The translations under genes and the position numbers were made by a program. From Pseudolabrys sp. (lineage in GTDB: Bacteria > Pseudomonadota > Alphaproteobacteria > Rhizobiales > Xanthobacteraceae), in contig DATBHE010000074.1 in NCBI GenBank assembly GCA_036557605.1, positions 17,671 to 81,670 on the forward strand: a DNA stretch of 64,000 bases. Reading direction: 5' to 3'. A model generated the notes under the pieces. It was not told the origin of the DNA, did no database searches, and saw only the letters and a program-made list of their open reading frames with translations. Below are positions 38,456 through 47,945 of this stretch, in pieces (positions within the stretch are counted from its first letter, which is position 1; every line of letters begins with the position of its first letter).

Positions 38456-39205
38456 TTGCCCAGGCGTAGTCCTAAAAATCTCAGCCTTTTGCGGCCACTC
38501 GATGCGCCACGCCGGCTGACTGCGGAACTCGTTGCTAGGCTTACAGCTGACATCACCAGCGGAAAGCTTGCTCCGGGAGCGCAACTGCCGACCGAGCAAG
38601 AAATGATAGCCGCAACCGGGGTGAGCCGCACCGTGGTTCGCGAAGCAGTCGCGGCGTTGCGGGCAGATCGGCTGGTCGTTACGCGCCAGGGCGTGGGTGC
38701 GTTCGTCGCCAACCAGGTGCGCCGCCCGTTCCGCGTCGATTTCGACGAGCGCTCGCCTCTTGGCGAAGTTCTCAATGTCATGGAACTGCGCACTGGCGTG
38801 GAGGTTGAGGCAGCTGGACTCGCCGCCGAGCGTGCTTCCCCGGCTCAGGTCAAAAAAATTGCGGACCGATTTGCCGCCATACAGGCCGCCATTGACCGCG
38901 GCGAAAACGGCGTTGATGAGGACTTCTCATTCCATTGTGCGATCGCAGAAGCCACCGGTAACCCGCAGTTCAATCGGTTTCTGGAATATCTCGGCCGTTT
39001 TATCATTCCCCGTCGTACCATCTGGAAAGATGCGCAGCCTGCCGCACGCCGTCAGCAACTCGATACCTTCCAGAAGGAACACGCACAAATTCTCCACGCG
39101 ATACGGCAAGGATCGGTGACGCAAGCACGAACGGCAATGCAGCGTCACTTGCTCAACAGCCGTGCGCGCTATGAGAAACTCGCCCCCGAAAACGGGATCC
39201 AATGA
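38456..39205 (+). CDS. FadR/GntR family transcriptional regulator
   Basis: GAQLPTEQEM...GVSRTVVREA wHTH; FCD domain FHCAIAEATGN; start uncertain (TTG 38456 chosen). Confidence 0.92.
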   Translation: MPRRSPKNLSLLRPLDAPRRLTAELVARLTADITSGKLAPGAQLPTEQEMIAATGVSRTVVREAVAALRADRLVVTRQGVGAFVANQVRRPFRVDFDERSPLGEVLNVMELRTGVEVEAAGLAAERASPAQVKKIADRFAAIQAAIDRGENGVDEDFSFHCAIAEATGNPQFNRFLEYLGRFIIPRRTIWKDAQPAARRQQLDTFQKEHAQILHAIRQGSVTQARTAMQRHLLNSRARYEKLAPENGIQ

Positions 39206-40023
39206 CAGCCATGCAAAGAATTTTGATCACCGGAGCCGCCGGCGATATCGGCACGCGATTGCGCAGGCTGTTGAATGGCGTTTATCCAAATATCCGATCG
39301 AGCGATATCAGGACACCGGCCGATCTCGGCGCGGACGAAGACTTTGTCGCCGCAGATCTTGCGGACCTCGCGCAAGTAAAAAGAATCGTCACCGGTGTCG
39401 ATGGCGTAATCCACCTTGGCGGTTTCTCCGTAGAAGGTCCGTGGGAAACCATCCACAGGTCCAACATCGTCGGCTGCTATAATCTGTTCGAAGGCGCGTA
39501 CCGCGCAGGTGTCAGTCGCGTGATATTTGCTTCATCAAATCATGTGATTGGGTTCTATCGTCGCGATCAAAAAATCGGTGTCGACGTCACAGTTCGTCCC
39601 GACAGCCGTTACGGCGTCAGCAAGGCATTCGGCGAAGCGCTCGGCGCTCTTTACGCCGACAAACACGGATTGCGCGTAACATGTATTCGTATCGGCAATG
39701 TCAATGACAAGCCTATCGATAAGCGGCGACTGTCGATCTGGATCAGCCCGGAAGATCTGACACAGCTTGTCCGGATCGGACTTGAACATCCGGACATTCA
39801 CTTTGAGATCTTTTACGGCGCCTCCGACAACTCGACCGGCTGGTGGGACAACAGCAATGCCAGACGCTTCGGCTACCGTCCGAAAGCACGCTCGGAAGAC
39901 TTTCGCGCAGAGGCTATGGCGGCGGAATCAAAGCTTCCCGTCGATCCGGTCGCGGAACAATTTCAGGGCGGATCCTATTGCTCGGACGAGTACGACGCCG
40001 ATCGCAAAAGGGATGCTGGCTAA
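39202..40023 (+). CDS. udh: Probable uronate dehydrogenase (extended SDR)
   Basis: ITGAAGDIG, FASSNHVIG, VRPDSRYGVSK (YxxxK), RRLSIWISPED. Confidence 0.8.
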   Translation: MTAMQRILITGAAGDIGTRLRRLLNGVYPNIRSSDIRTPADLGADEDFVAADLADLAQVKRIVTGVDGVIHLGGFSVEGPWETIHRSNIVGCYNLFEGAYRAGVSRVIFASSNHVIGFYRRDQKIGVDVTVRPDSRYGVSKAFGEALGALYADKHGLRVTCIRIGNVNDKPIDKRRLSIWISPEDLTQLVRIGLEHPDIHFEIFYGASDNSTGWWDNSNARRFGYRPKARSEDFRAEAMAAESKLPVDPVAEQFQGGSYCSDEYDADRKRDAG

Positions 40024-40778
40024 GATCCATAGCTTTGGATCAGCGAACCGGCGACCAGGCTCCAGCCGTCGACCAGGACGAAGAAAATCAATTTGAAAGG
40101 CAACGAAACGACGACCGGCGGCAGCATCATCATGCCCATCGACATGAGCACCGACGCCACGACCAGATCGATAATCAGAAAAGGCAGGAACAGCAGGAAG
40201 CCGATTTCGAACGCGCGCTTGAGTTCGGAGATCATGAAAGCGGGTACCAGCACCCGTAGCGACAAATCATCAGGCTTGGCCGGTTCCGCTTCCTTTGCCA
40301 TATCGACAAAAAGCTTCAGATCCTTGTCCCGCACGTTCTTCTGCATAAAAGCGCGCAGGGGCTGGGAGCCGCGCTCGAAGGCCTGCTCGGCCGTTATTTC
40401 ATTGGCCACCAAAGGCCGAATCCCAGAATCGTACGTTCGCTGCAGTGCCGGGCCCATGACGAAGGCGGTCAGGAACAGGGCCAACGACACGATAACGGCG
40501 TTCGGCGGAGCGGTGGCGGTGCCCAGCGCGGTGCGTAGCAGCGACAGAACGACCACTATGCGGGTAAAGGACGTCATCATGACCAGAATTGACGGCGCTA
40601 GAGAAAGCACCGTCAACAGCGCAATCAGTTGGATCACGCGTTCGGTCAGCCCATTGCCTTGACCAAAATTGACACTGATATCCTGCGCGACGGCCGTTGT
40701 AGTCAGCGCTGCGAGGATCCCTGCTACCCCGACCGCCACCGTCGTCAGACGGACACGGCGGTCGGAAGCACCTGTCAA
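40020..40778 (-). CDS. fliP: Flagellar export gate protein FliP
   Basis: MMTSFTRIVVVL, PAFMISELKRAFEIGF, LPFKLIFFVLVDGW. Confidence 0.97.
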   Translation of the reverse strand: MTGASDRRVRLTTVAVGVAGILAALTTTAVAQDISVNFGQGNGLTERVIQLIALLTVLSLAPSILVMMTSFTRIVVVLSLLRTALGTATAPPNAVIVSLALFLTAFVMGPALQRTYDSGIRPLVANEITAEQAFERGSQPLRAFMQKNVRDKDLKLFVDMAKEAEPAKPDDLSLRVLVPAFMISELKRAFEIGFLLFLPFLIIDLVVASVLMSMGMMMLPPVVVSLPFKLIFFVLVDGWSLVAGSLIQSYGS

Positions 40779-41680
40779 GATTTTCCCGGAGGACGGCCTA
40801 ACAAACTGGCCATCTCCTCTTCGAGATTTTCGTACAGATTTTTTCCGGGCGTGGCAGGAGGCTCCGTCCTCGGCTCGGTCTTGAAATCAAATTTTGGCTC
40901 AGGCTTCGATTCAAACTTTGGCTCGACGCGCGCACGCAATTCGCGCTGGGGCGAGCGCGCCGTGATATCGGCGCCTTTGGCTGGCGTAGTCGCTCCAGCC
41001 AGGGGATCGGTGACGGCGGGCCGGCCTTCGGCCGGTGATGGACGCCTCAAGGCCGCTTCGAGCTGGTGCGCCATTTCCGCGAGATTATGGTCGGCCTGCG
41101 CCGAGGGCTCGTGCAAAGGCGTTACGGTGCGCGCCGGCGTTTCCGGGCGTGCCGCAGGGCCAGCTACGTCGGGTGGATTGAGCCGCGTTGACAGTTCAGA
41201 GGCGAGGCTATCAGACGGGCGAGGACGGCCGGGTTCGGGCCATGAGTCTTCAGTAGCCGGGGAACGATAGGGACGCGACGCAGGCGTCGGTTCGGTCGCG
41301 GGCTGCAACGGCCAGCCATTCTCCATCGTCGGTGCTTGGCGGGCTGCTGCTTCGCCGGCAGGAGTGCCGCGTGCGACGTCGCGGGCCGCAAGGGCGCGCA
41401 CAATATTTGGTTCGACGACGAGGTCGGTCGGTCCGCCAATCATCAGAAGATGTTCGATGTTGTCGCGGCGGATCAGGACCAGCCGGCGCCGTCCGTCAAC
41501 GGTGGCTGCGTCGATTACAGCGAGTCGCGGCTGCCGTCCGCGTGACGCACTTCCAAGACGGTTTGCTCCAAAGCGACGCACCAGCCAGGCGGTGAGACCA
41601 ATCAGGGCGAGCACGACCAAGAAGGCGATGAAAAACCTGGCAGCCAGCGGCATCTCGGCGCCAAACAAGCTCTCAAACAT
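40775..41680 (-). CDS. fliO: FliO with a long Pro-rich C-terminal extension
   Basis: TM then RLAVIDAATVDGRRRLVLIRRDNIEHLLMIGG. Confidence 0.85.
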   Translation of the reverse strand: MFESLFGAEMPLAARFFIAFLVVLALIGLTAWLVRRFGANRLGSASRGRQPRLAVIDAATVDGRRRLVLIRRDNIEHLLMIGGPTDLVVEPNIVRALAARDVARGTPAGEAAARQAPTMENGWPLQPATEPTPASRPYRSPATEDSWPEPGRPRPSDSLASELSTRLNPPDVAGPAARPETPARTVTPLHEPSAQADHNLAEMAHQLEAALRRPSPAEGRPAVTDPLAGATTPAKGADITARSPQRELRARVEPKFESKPEPKFDFKTEPRTEPPATPGKNLYENLEEEMASLLGRPPGKS

Positions 41681-41737
41681 CAATGCGCTCCGTTTTCCCG
41701 CTAGCGTTCACAGAGAATCGACGAATGGTTAATTACG

Positions 41738-41756
41738 CTAGGCACTATTTGCCGAC
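41738..41756 (-). promoter_or_regulatory. ftr-like element at the fliO promoter
   Basis: Minus strand GTCGGCAAATAGTGCCTAG, adjacent to a TTAACCAT half-site (41725-41732). Confidence 0.5.
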
Positions 41757-41763
41757 CTGAATA

Positions 41764-41779
41764 CTAACAGAGGATTAAC
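41764..41779 (+). promoter_or_regulatory. CtrA-box-like site
   Basis: CTAA cagagga TTAA C. Confidence 0.45.
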
Positions 41780-41865
41780 AAATAAAGTGGCAATTTAAGG
41801 TTGGCCCGGAATTACGGCGATTTATCCGGCCCGGCCACCTGAAGCGGAATCTCCCGGCTGCTCCT

Positions 41866-41906
41866 TTTACCCCCCGTTAACCATCCGCCCGGCAAAGTCT
41901 GCCTAG
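41866..41906 (+). promoter_or_regulatory. CtrA box plus ftr-like element upstream of flgB
   Basis: TTTA ccccccg TTAA CCAT (41866-41884) followed by CCCGGCAAAGTCTGCCTAG (41888-41906). Confidence 0.6.
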
Positions 41907-41947
41907 CGCGGTCTCTGCCGCTGCGGGGGCCTGTCGAGGAGAGGGTG

Positions 41948-42358
41948 ATGGCGATTACCGATATTCCAATCCTGTCGATGTTGCGCACCAGGCTCGACTG
42001 GTCCCAGGCGCGACAACGTTTGCTTGCCGAAAACGTTGCCAACGCCGACACGCCGAATTTCCGCGCGCACGATCTTGCGCCTCTGAAATTCGATGACCCG
42101 GCGCGTAACACATCCACGATGGTTTCGGGCATCTCGCTCACGCGCACTGATAGCGGCCATATTGAGGGCGTCGGGCTCAGTCAGTCACCGTTCGCAAATG
42201 GAAACGCGCGGATATACGAGGTGCGGCCCGCCGGCAACGCCGTAAATCTCGAAGAGGAAATGATGAAGGTGGCGTCCAATCAGATGGACTTTCAGGCGGC
42301 GACCGCCCTGTACACGCGCAGCCTCAACCTCATCAAGACCGCCCTTGGCAAGCGCTAG
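41948..42358 (+). CDS. flgB: Flagellar rod protein FlgB
   Basis: AENVANADTPNF, GNAVNLEEEM. Confidence 0.96.
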   Translation: MAITDIPILSMLRTRLDWSQARQRLLAENVANADTPNFRAHDLAPLKFDDPARNTSTMVSGISLTRTDSGHIEGVGLSQSPFANGNARIYEVRPAGNAVNLEEEMMKVASNQMDFQAATALYTRSLNLIKTALGKR

Positions 42359-42378
42359 TCTGTTTCAGGAGAACGATC

Positions 42379-42789
42379 GTGGATTTCATCAAGACCCTTA
42401 CGATCGCCGCATTCGGCCTGCGTGCCCAGGCAGGGCGCATGCGCATCATTTCGGAAAATATCGCAAACGCGGATTCCACGCCGCAGCGGTCAGGAGGCGA
42501 TCCTTATCGCCGCAAGATTCCGACCTTTCGAAGCGAGCTTGACCGCACGCTCGACACGCGGGTCGTTGAATTGGGTCGGGTGAAGACCGATTCGTCGGCT
42601 TTCCGGATCAAGCACGAACCGGGACATCCTGCTGCCGACGGCAACGGCAACGTCAAATATCCCAACGTCAACCCGCTGATTGAAATGACGGATATGCGCG
42701 AGGCCCAACGCTCATACGAAGCCAACATCAACGTCATCAGCGCCACACGACGCATGATTCAACGCACCATCGATATTCTCAAAACCTGA
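42379..42789 (+). CDS. flgC: Flagellar rod protein FlgC
   Basis: ISENIANADST, PGHPAAD, YPNVN..EM..AQRSYEAN. Confidence 0.97.
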   Translation: MDFIKTLTIAAFGLRAQAGRMRIISENIANADSTPQRSGGDPYRRKIPTFRSELDRTLDTRVVELGRVKTDSSAFRIKHEPGHPAADGNGNVKYPNVNPLIEMTDMREAQRSYEANINVISATRRMIQRTIDILKT

Positions 42790-42803
42790 AAGGCACCGTA
42801 ACG

Positions 42804-43127
42804 ATGCCCACACCGCTCGCTGCTGCAAGCACTTATGCCAGTGTCGCGCGTATCGCCTCCGATTCAGCGTCATTGGCCGTCATCCGGCAACCTGCGGAGG
42901 CGAAAGGCGAGACGAGTTTTGCTTCCGCGCTTAAAGATGCTGTCGGCTCAGTCGTGGAAATGGGCCGCAAGTCTGACGCCCAAACGCGGGCTGCGGCCAA
43001 TGGAAAAGCCAACATTGTCGACGTCGTTACTGCCGTTTCCGAAACGGAAGTCGCAATCGATGCGGTAGTGGCCGTGCGCGACCGCGTCATTCAGGCCTAC
43101 GAAGACATCATGAAGATGCCGATCTAG
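42804..43127 (+). CDS. fliE: Hook-basal body protein FliE
   Basis: DVVTAVSETEVA...VRDRVIQAYEDIMKMPI. Confidence 0.95.
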   Translation: MPTPLAAASTYASVARIASDSASLAVIRQPAEAKGETSFASALKDAVGSVVEMGRKSDAQTRAAANGKANIVDVVTAVSETEVAIDAVVAVRDRVIQAYEDIMKMPI

Positions 43128-43137
43128 GTATTGAACA

Positions 43138-43401
43138 ATGACGGGTCCGGAAGTTCTCGACGTCTCCCGCGATGCAATCATCACGCTTATCGTCGTTGCA
43201 AGCCCTGTCATGCTGGTCGGCCTTGCCGTTGGTGTTGCCATTTCGCTGCTGCAGGCTCTCACGCAAATCCAGGAAATGACGATCGCCTTCGTTCCGAAGA
43301 TCCTCGCGATCTTTCTTTCACTGCTGATTGCGTTGCCGTTCATGGCAGAGAAGCTGCACGCTGAGATGCTACGAATTGCTGCGCGCATCGTCAGTGGTTA
43401 G
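43138..43401 (+). CDS. fliQ: Flagellar export protein FliQ
   Basis: ISLLQALTQIQEMTIAFVPKI. Confidence 0.97.
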   Translation: MTGPEVLDVSRDAIITLIVVASPVMLVGLAVGVAISLLQALTQIQEMTIAFVPKILAIFLSLLIALPFMAEKLHAEMLRIAARIVSG

Positions 43402-43406
43402 CCACG

Positions 43407-44177
43407 ATGCGGGTCGACATCTCATTTTTACCGGCGCTCGCGGCCGCATTCCTGCTCGCGTTTGCACGCGTGGGCGCAATGGTGATGCTGCTACCCGGCA
43501 TTGGCGAGCAGACGATGCCTTCGCGGGTACGGCTTGGTATTGCGCTGGTACTCACCGCAATACTGCTTCCGGCGCATCAGAAGGCCTACGCGATCGACCT
43601 TAAGGCGATCGGTCCGGTCCTCGTTCTTCTTTTTCAGGAGATCATCGTTGGTGCAGTGCTCGGCCTGACGGCGAGACTCGCGATTTCCGCCCTGCAGGTC
43701 ACGGGCTCCGTCATTGCCCAGCAACTCGGCCTTGGGTTTGTCACCGCCGTCGATCCGACACAAAATGAACAGGGAGTTCTTGTCGGAAATTTCCTGACCT
43801 TGCTTGGCGTTGCATTGGTTTTTGCGACGGACATGCATCATCTCGTCATTGCGGCCATGAATGACAGCTACTTGATCTTTCAGCCAGGCGAATTGCCGCT
43901 TATGGGAGATGCGGCACAACACATTACACGCATCGTAGCGACAGCATTCCGCATCGGCATTCAGTTGTCTGCGCCGTTTTTGGTGTTCGGGCTGCTGTTC
44001 AATCTCGGTCTCGGAATATTGTCACGCCTGATTCCGCAGATGCAGGTGTTCTTCATCGGGCTGCCTCTGTCCATCATTCTGGGCCTGCTGCTCCTCCTGA
44101 TCGTGATCGGCACCATGATGGGCACCTTTGTGGACTATCTGAATGGTGTCGTCTCCGATCTTGCTCCGCGCGCCTGA
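43407..44177 (+). CDS. fliR: Flagellar export protein FliR
   Basis: FARVGAM..LPG, GSVIAQQLGLGF, LGILSRLIPQMQVFF. Confidence 0.96.
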   Translation: MRVDISFLPALAAAFLLAFARVGAMVMLLPGIGEQTMPSRVRLGIALVLTAILLPAHQKAYAIDLKAIGPVLVLLFQEIIVGAVLGLTARLAISALQVTGSVIAQQLGLGFVTAVDPTQNEQGVLVGNFLTLLGVALVFATDMHHLVIAAMNDSYLIFQPGELPLMGDAAQHITRIVATAFRIGIQLSAPFLVFGLLFNLGLGILSRLIPQMQVFFIGLPLSIILGLLLLLIVIGTMMGTFVDYLNGVVSDLAPRA

Positions 44178-44189
44178 CTAGGAGCCTGC

Positions 44190-45266
44190 ATGGCGGAAGA
44201 AACCGGCGAATTCGATAAAACAGAAGAACCTACCCAGAAGCGGCTTGAAGAGGCGCTCAAACGCGGCGACGTAGTCAAAAGCCAGGAGGTAAACACCTGG
44301 TTCGTGATTGCGGGTGCAGCACTCATGTTGATGGCGTTTTCCGGTCCGATGAGCCGGGATCTCGCAGCCACGATGCGTGGGCTCATTGCCAATTCCTACA
44401 GTATCAGCGTCGATGGACCGGCCTTGCCGCGCCTATTTCTGAAAATCGGCGGTGAGATGGCGGTGGCCGTCGCCGTCCCGTTTCTTCTTCTGATCGTTGC
44501 TGCCATAGCCGGCAACGTCGTCCAGCATCGCCTGGTATGGTCCTATGAGGTCCTGGCGCCGAAACTTTCCAAGGTCTCCCCGCTTGCCGGGCTCAAGCGC
44601 ATCTTTTCCAGACAGGCGCTGGTCAATCTGGGAAAAGGCCTCGTCAAGCTGGCGGTCGTCGGCACAGTGATGACGGTGCTTATGTGGCCTGAGCGAGGAC
44701 GGCTGGAGGCGCTAACGCGAAGTGATGCTGCAGCGATCATACCAGTCTCCTTGACGCTGGCGCTCAAGATGCTCGGCGCTGTGGTCGCCATGCTCGCTTT
44801 TGTGGCCGCGGCTGACTACCTGTTCCAATACCGGCAGTGGCACGAGCGGCAGAAGATGTCGCTGCGGGAATTGAAGGAGGAATTCAAGCAGACCGAAGGC
44901 GATCCGGCCATCAAGGGCAAGATGAAGCAGGTCCGACAAATCCGGATGCGCCGACGTATGATCGCAGCGGTCCCCAAAGCCGCCGTTGTCATCACAAACC
45001 CGACACACTACGCGGTCGCCCTTGAATATGAACGAGGGATGGATGCCCCGGTGTGCGTTGCAAAAGGTGTGGATGCCCTTGCCCTCAAGATCAGGGAGGT
45101 TGCCGGCAAGCACTCGGTTCCGATCGTGGAAAACCCGCCGCTCGCCCGCGCGTTGCATGCTACCGTGGAAATCGATCAGCAGATTCCACCCGAGCATTAT
45201 AAGGCCGTTGCCGAAGTGATCGGCTACGTAATGAGGCTGCGACGGACGATCTCGCCCAGGCGCTAA
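44190..45266 (+). CDS. flhB: Flagellar export switch protein FlhB
   Basis: KTEEPTQKRL, TEGDP, NPTH autocleavage motif. Confidence 0.97.
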   Translation: MAEETGEFDKTEEPTQKRLEEALKRGDVVKSQEVNTWFVIAGAALMLMAFSGPMSRDLAATMRGLIANSYSISVDGPALPRLFLKIGGEMAVAVAVPFLLLIVAAIAGNVVQHRLVWSYEVLAPKLSKVSPLAGLKRIFSRQALVNLGKGLVKLAVVGTVMTVLMWPERGRLEALTRSDAAAIIPVSLTLALKMLGAVVAMLAFVAAADYLFQYRQWHERQKMSLRELKEEFKQTEGDPAIKGKMKQVRQIRMRRRMIAAVPKAAVVITNPTHYAVALEYERGMDAPVCVAKGVDALALKIREVAGKHSVPIVENPPLARALHATVEIDQQIPPEHYKAVAEVIGYVMRLRRTISPRR

Positions 45267-45341
45267 AAACGATATTTAAATGCAGGAAAACGCCCGCGCC
45301 GCCCCTTGCGCCGACAGGGCGCCTTAAGGCACTCAGGGTCC

Positions 45342-47939
45342 ATGGCAGGTCACGATCCGTCAGCGCCGGCGCAAGTGGCAGAGCGTGCGGACCCGCACGA
45401 GCGCAAGGCGTTTGACAAAAGCCAGGAGGGCTCGAGCGGCGGTTCGATTGGTCTGTTGCTTCTGGTGGCGCTGGCCCTGATCGGCGCCGCCGGCGGTCTG
45501 ACGTGGGTCAGCCGTGACTACGTAGAAGCCTACGTCCTTGCGCTGCTCGCGACCCTCGGAACGATCGGTGTGCTCGCGCTGTTTGCGGCGGCGACAGGGA
45601 TCCTGCGATTTGCGGGCAAAGATCAGGGAAATCCCTTGCTGAAGGCCGTGGTCGACGGCGCATTCGACGGGATCCTGGTGACCGACCACAGCGGTCGCGT
45701 CCTGTACGCAAACGCGACCTACCTTGATCTGATCGGCGCAACAGACATGCGGGACGTTCGGCCGATCGAACGCGTCTTCATCGGCGACCCGGACGTGTCG
45801 GAGTCGATCTACAGACTTCTCAAGGCCGCGCGTGAAGGACGGCGGCTGCAGGAAGAGGTCAGGGTCACCGGAATAGCAGGCGAGGGCGCCCGGTGGCTGC
45901 GCATGCGTGTGCGGCCGCTCGGTGAGAGACGCCGCGATGCGCGCACGACAGTGTGGTCGATCGCCGATGTGACGCGGGACCGCGAGCGTCAGGAAAATGT
46001 GTTTCAGGAGCTGCAATATGCCATCGACTATCTCGACCACGCCCCGGCGGGATTTTTCTCGGTCGATGCGGCAGGCGACATCGTCTACCTGAATGCGACG
46101 CTCGCGTCATGGCTCGACCATGATCTCGCTCAGGTCGGCACCGGCTCGCTCAAACTGGCCGACATCGTCGCGGGAGAAGGCGCCGCGCTGCTCACCGCAT
46201 TCAGTGCGGCCCCAGGTGAAGTGAGGACCGAGGTGCTCGACTTTGACCTCAAGACCCGGGGCGGCAAGCCAGTGCCCGTGCGGCTGTTTCACAAAGTCGC
46301 CTTCGGTGCCGACGGCGCAGCTGGCGCGTCGCGCACGCTGGTGCTCAATCGGGCAAGAGGCGACGGCAGCGATCCGCAACGCGCGGCCGAAGTCCGCTTC
46401 ATGCGATTCTTTCAGAACACACCGATGGCCATTGCGACTGTTGACAAGACGGGCCGTATTGCGCGCAGCAATGCGCGATTCGCGAGTGCGTTCGAAGGGC
46501 TCCTCAAGAGGGACGACCGCTCTATCCTTTCGGTGGTCGTCGGGCGCGACCGACCCGTGCTGGAAGCCGCGATCCGCAAAGCTGCCGAGGGGCAGAGTGA
46601 TATCGCGCCGGTCGAGGCGGCCTTGACCGGAAGCGCCGAACGCTGGGCGAATTTCTTCGTCCTGGCCATCGAGGAGCAAGATCGCGACGGGGAAGCCGCC
46701 ATCGTCTACGCACTGGAAACGACGGCGCAACGCACGCTCGAGAATAGAATTCAGCAACAGCAGAAGATGGAATCGGTTGGACAGCTCGCGGGCGGCATTG
46801 CCCACGATTTCAACAATGTGCTGTCAGCCATCATGATGGCGACTGATTTTCTTCTCAACGCCCACAAGCCGACGGATCCTTCGTTCAAGGATATTATGCA
46901 GATCAAACAAAATGCCAATCGGGCCGCGGCGCTCGTACGCCAGCTACTGGCATTCTCACGCAAGCAGACATTGCGTCCGCAGGTGCTGGATCTCGGCGAA
47001 ACCTTGAGCGACCTGGGAATGCTGCTCAAGCGTCTGATTGGCGAAAAAGTTGCGCTCGAAATCGTACATGGGCGCGATCTGTGGCCGGTGAAAGCAGATA
47101 TTTCACAGTTCGAACAGGTGATTGTGAATCTCGCCGTCAACGCGCGCGACGCCATGCCCGATGGTGGCAGGCTCACAGTCCGCACCGCCAATGTCGGCGC
47201 CGACGAATGCGCCAAGTTCGATTACAAGGGCATGCCCAAAGCGGACTATGTGCTGGTTGAAGTCAGTGACACTGGTACTGGCATTCCGCCGGAGATCATC
47301 GACAAGATATTTGAGCCATTCTTCACCACCAAGGAAGTCGGGAAAGGAACCGGACTGGGACTCTCGACGGTTTATGGAATAGTCAAGCAGACGGGTGGAT
47401 TCATCTACGCGGAGTCGGAATCAGGCTGGACGTCGTTTCGCATTTTCCTTCCGCGCCATGTTCCGGGCGCGGAGGAAGTTCTCGCGCAGATTCCGGCAGC
47501 GGACTCTCCTGCAATCGCCGATGCCATGTCGGCTGCGCACTCAATGGCGCGGGCCGCGACTGCAGATCTCACGGGGCAGGGCACAATTTTGCTGGTCGAG
47601 GATGAGGAAGGGCTGCGCGCGCTCAATGCGCGCGGTTTGTCCTCCCGCGGGTATACAGTGTTGGAAGCGAGCAACGGCATGGAAGCCATCGAGACCTTCG
47701 ACAAACACGGTCACGTTGACCTTGTCGTGTCGGACGTCGTCATGCCCGAAATGGATGGACCGACATTGCTCAAGGAGCTTCGCCAACGTGACCGGAACGT
47801 GAAGATTATTTTCGTCTCCGGTTATGCCGAGGAGGCGTTCAGTAAAAACCTGCCCAGTCAGGAGCAGTACGCGTTCCTCGCCAAGCCTTTTACGCTCAAG
47901 CAGCTGGTTGCCGAAGTCAAAAAAACGCTGGTGCAGTGA
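45342..47939 (+). CDS. cckA: Cell-cycle hybrid histidine kinase CckA
   Basis: Two TM, PAS domains, H-box AGGIAHDFNN, HATPase GKGTGLGLS, REC domain (VEDE, SDVVMP, KPF); directly after flhB. Confidence 0.92.
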   Translation: MAGHDPSAPAQVAERADPHERKAFDKSQEGSSGGSIGLLLLVALALIGAAGGLTWVSRDYVEAYVLALLATLGTIGVLALFAAATGILRFAGKDQGNPLLKAVVDGAFDGILVTDHSGRVLYANATYLDLIGATDMRDVRPIERVFIGDPDVSESIYRLLKAAREGRRLQEEVRVTGIAGEGARWLRMRVRPLGERRRDARTTVWSIADVTRDRERQENVFQELQYAIDYLDHAPAGFFSVDAAGDIVYLNATLASWLDHDLAQVGTGSLKLADIVAGEGAALLTAFSAAPGEVRTEVLDFDLKTRGGKPVPVRLFHKVAFGADGAAGASRTLVLNRARGDGSDPQRAAEVRFMRFFQNTPMAIATVDKTGRIARSNARFASAFEGLLKRDDRSILSVVVGRDRPVLEAAIRKAAEGQSDIAPVEAALTGSAERWANFFVLAIEEQDRDGEAAIVYALETTAQRTLENRIQQQQKMESVGQLAGGIAHDFNNVLSAIMMATDFLLNAHKPTDPSFKDIMQIKQNANRAAALVRQLLAFSRKQTLRPQVLDLGETLSDLGMLLKRLIGEKVALEIVHGRDLWPVKADISQFEQVIVNLAVNARDAMPDGGRLTVRTANVGADECAKFDYKGMPKADYVLVEVSDTGTGIPPEIIDKIFEPFFTTKEVGKGTGLGLSTVYGIVKQTGGFIYAESESGWTSFRIFLPRHVPGAEEVLAQIPAADSPAIADAMSAAHSMARAATADLTGQGTILLVEDEEGLRALNARGLSSRGYTVLEASNGMEAIETFDKHGHVDLVVSDVVMPEMDGPTLLKELRQRDRNVKIIFVSGYAEEAFSKNLPSQEQYAFLAKPFTLKQLVAEVKKTLVQ

Positions 47940-47945
47940 TCGTCG

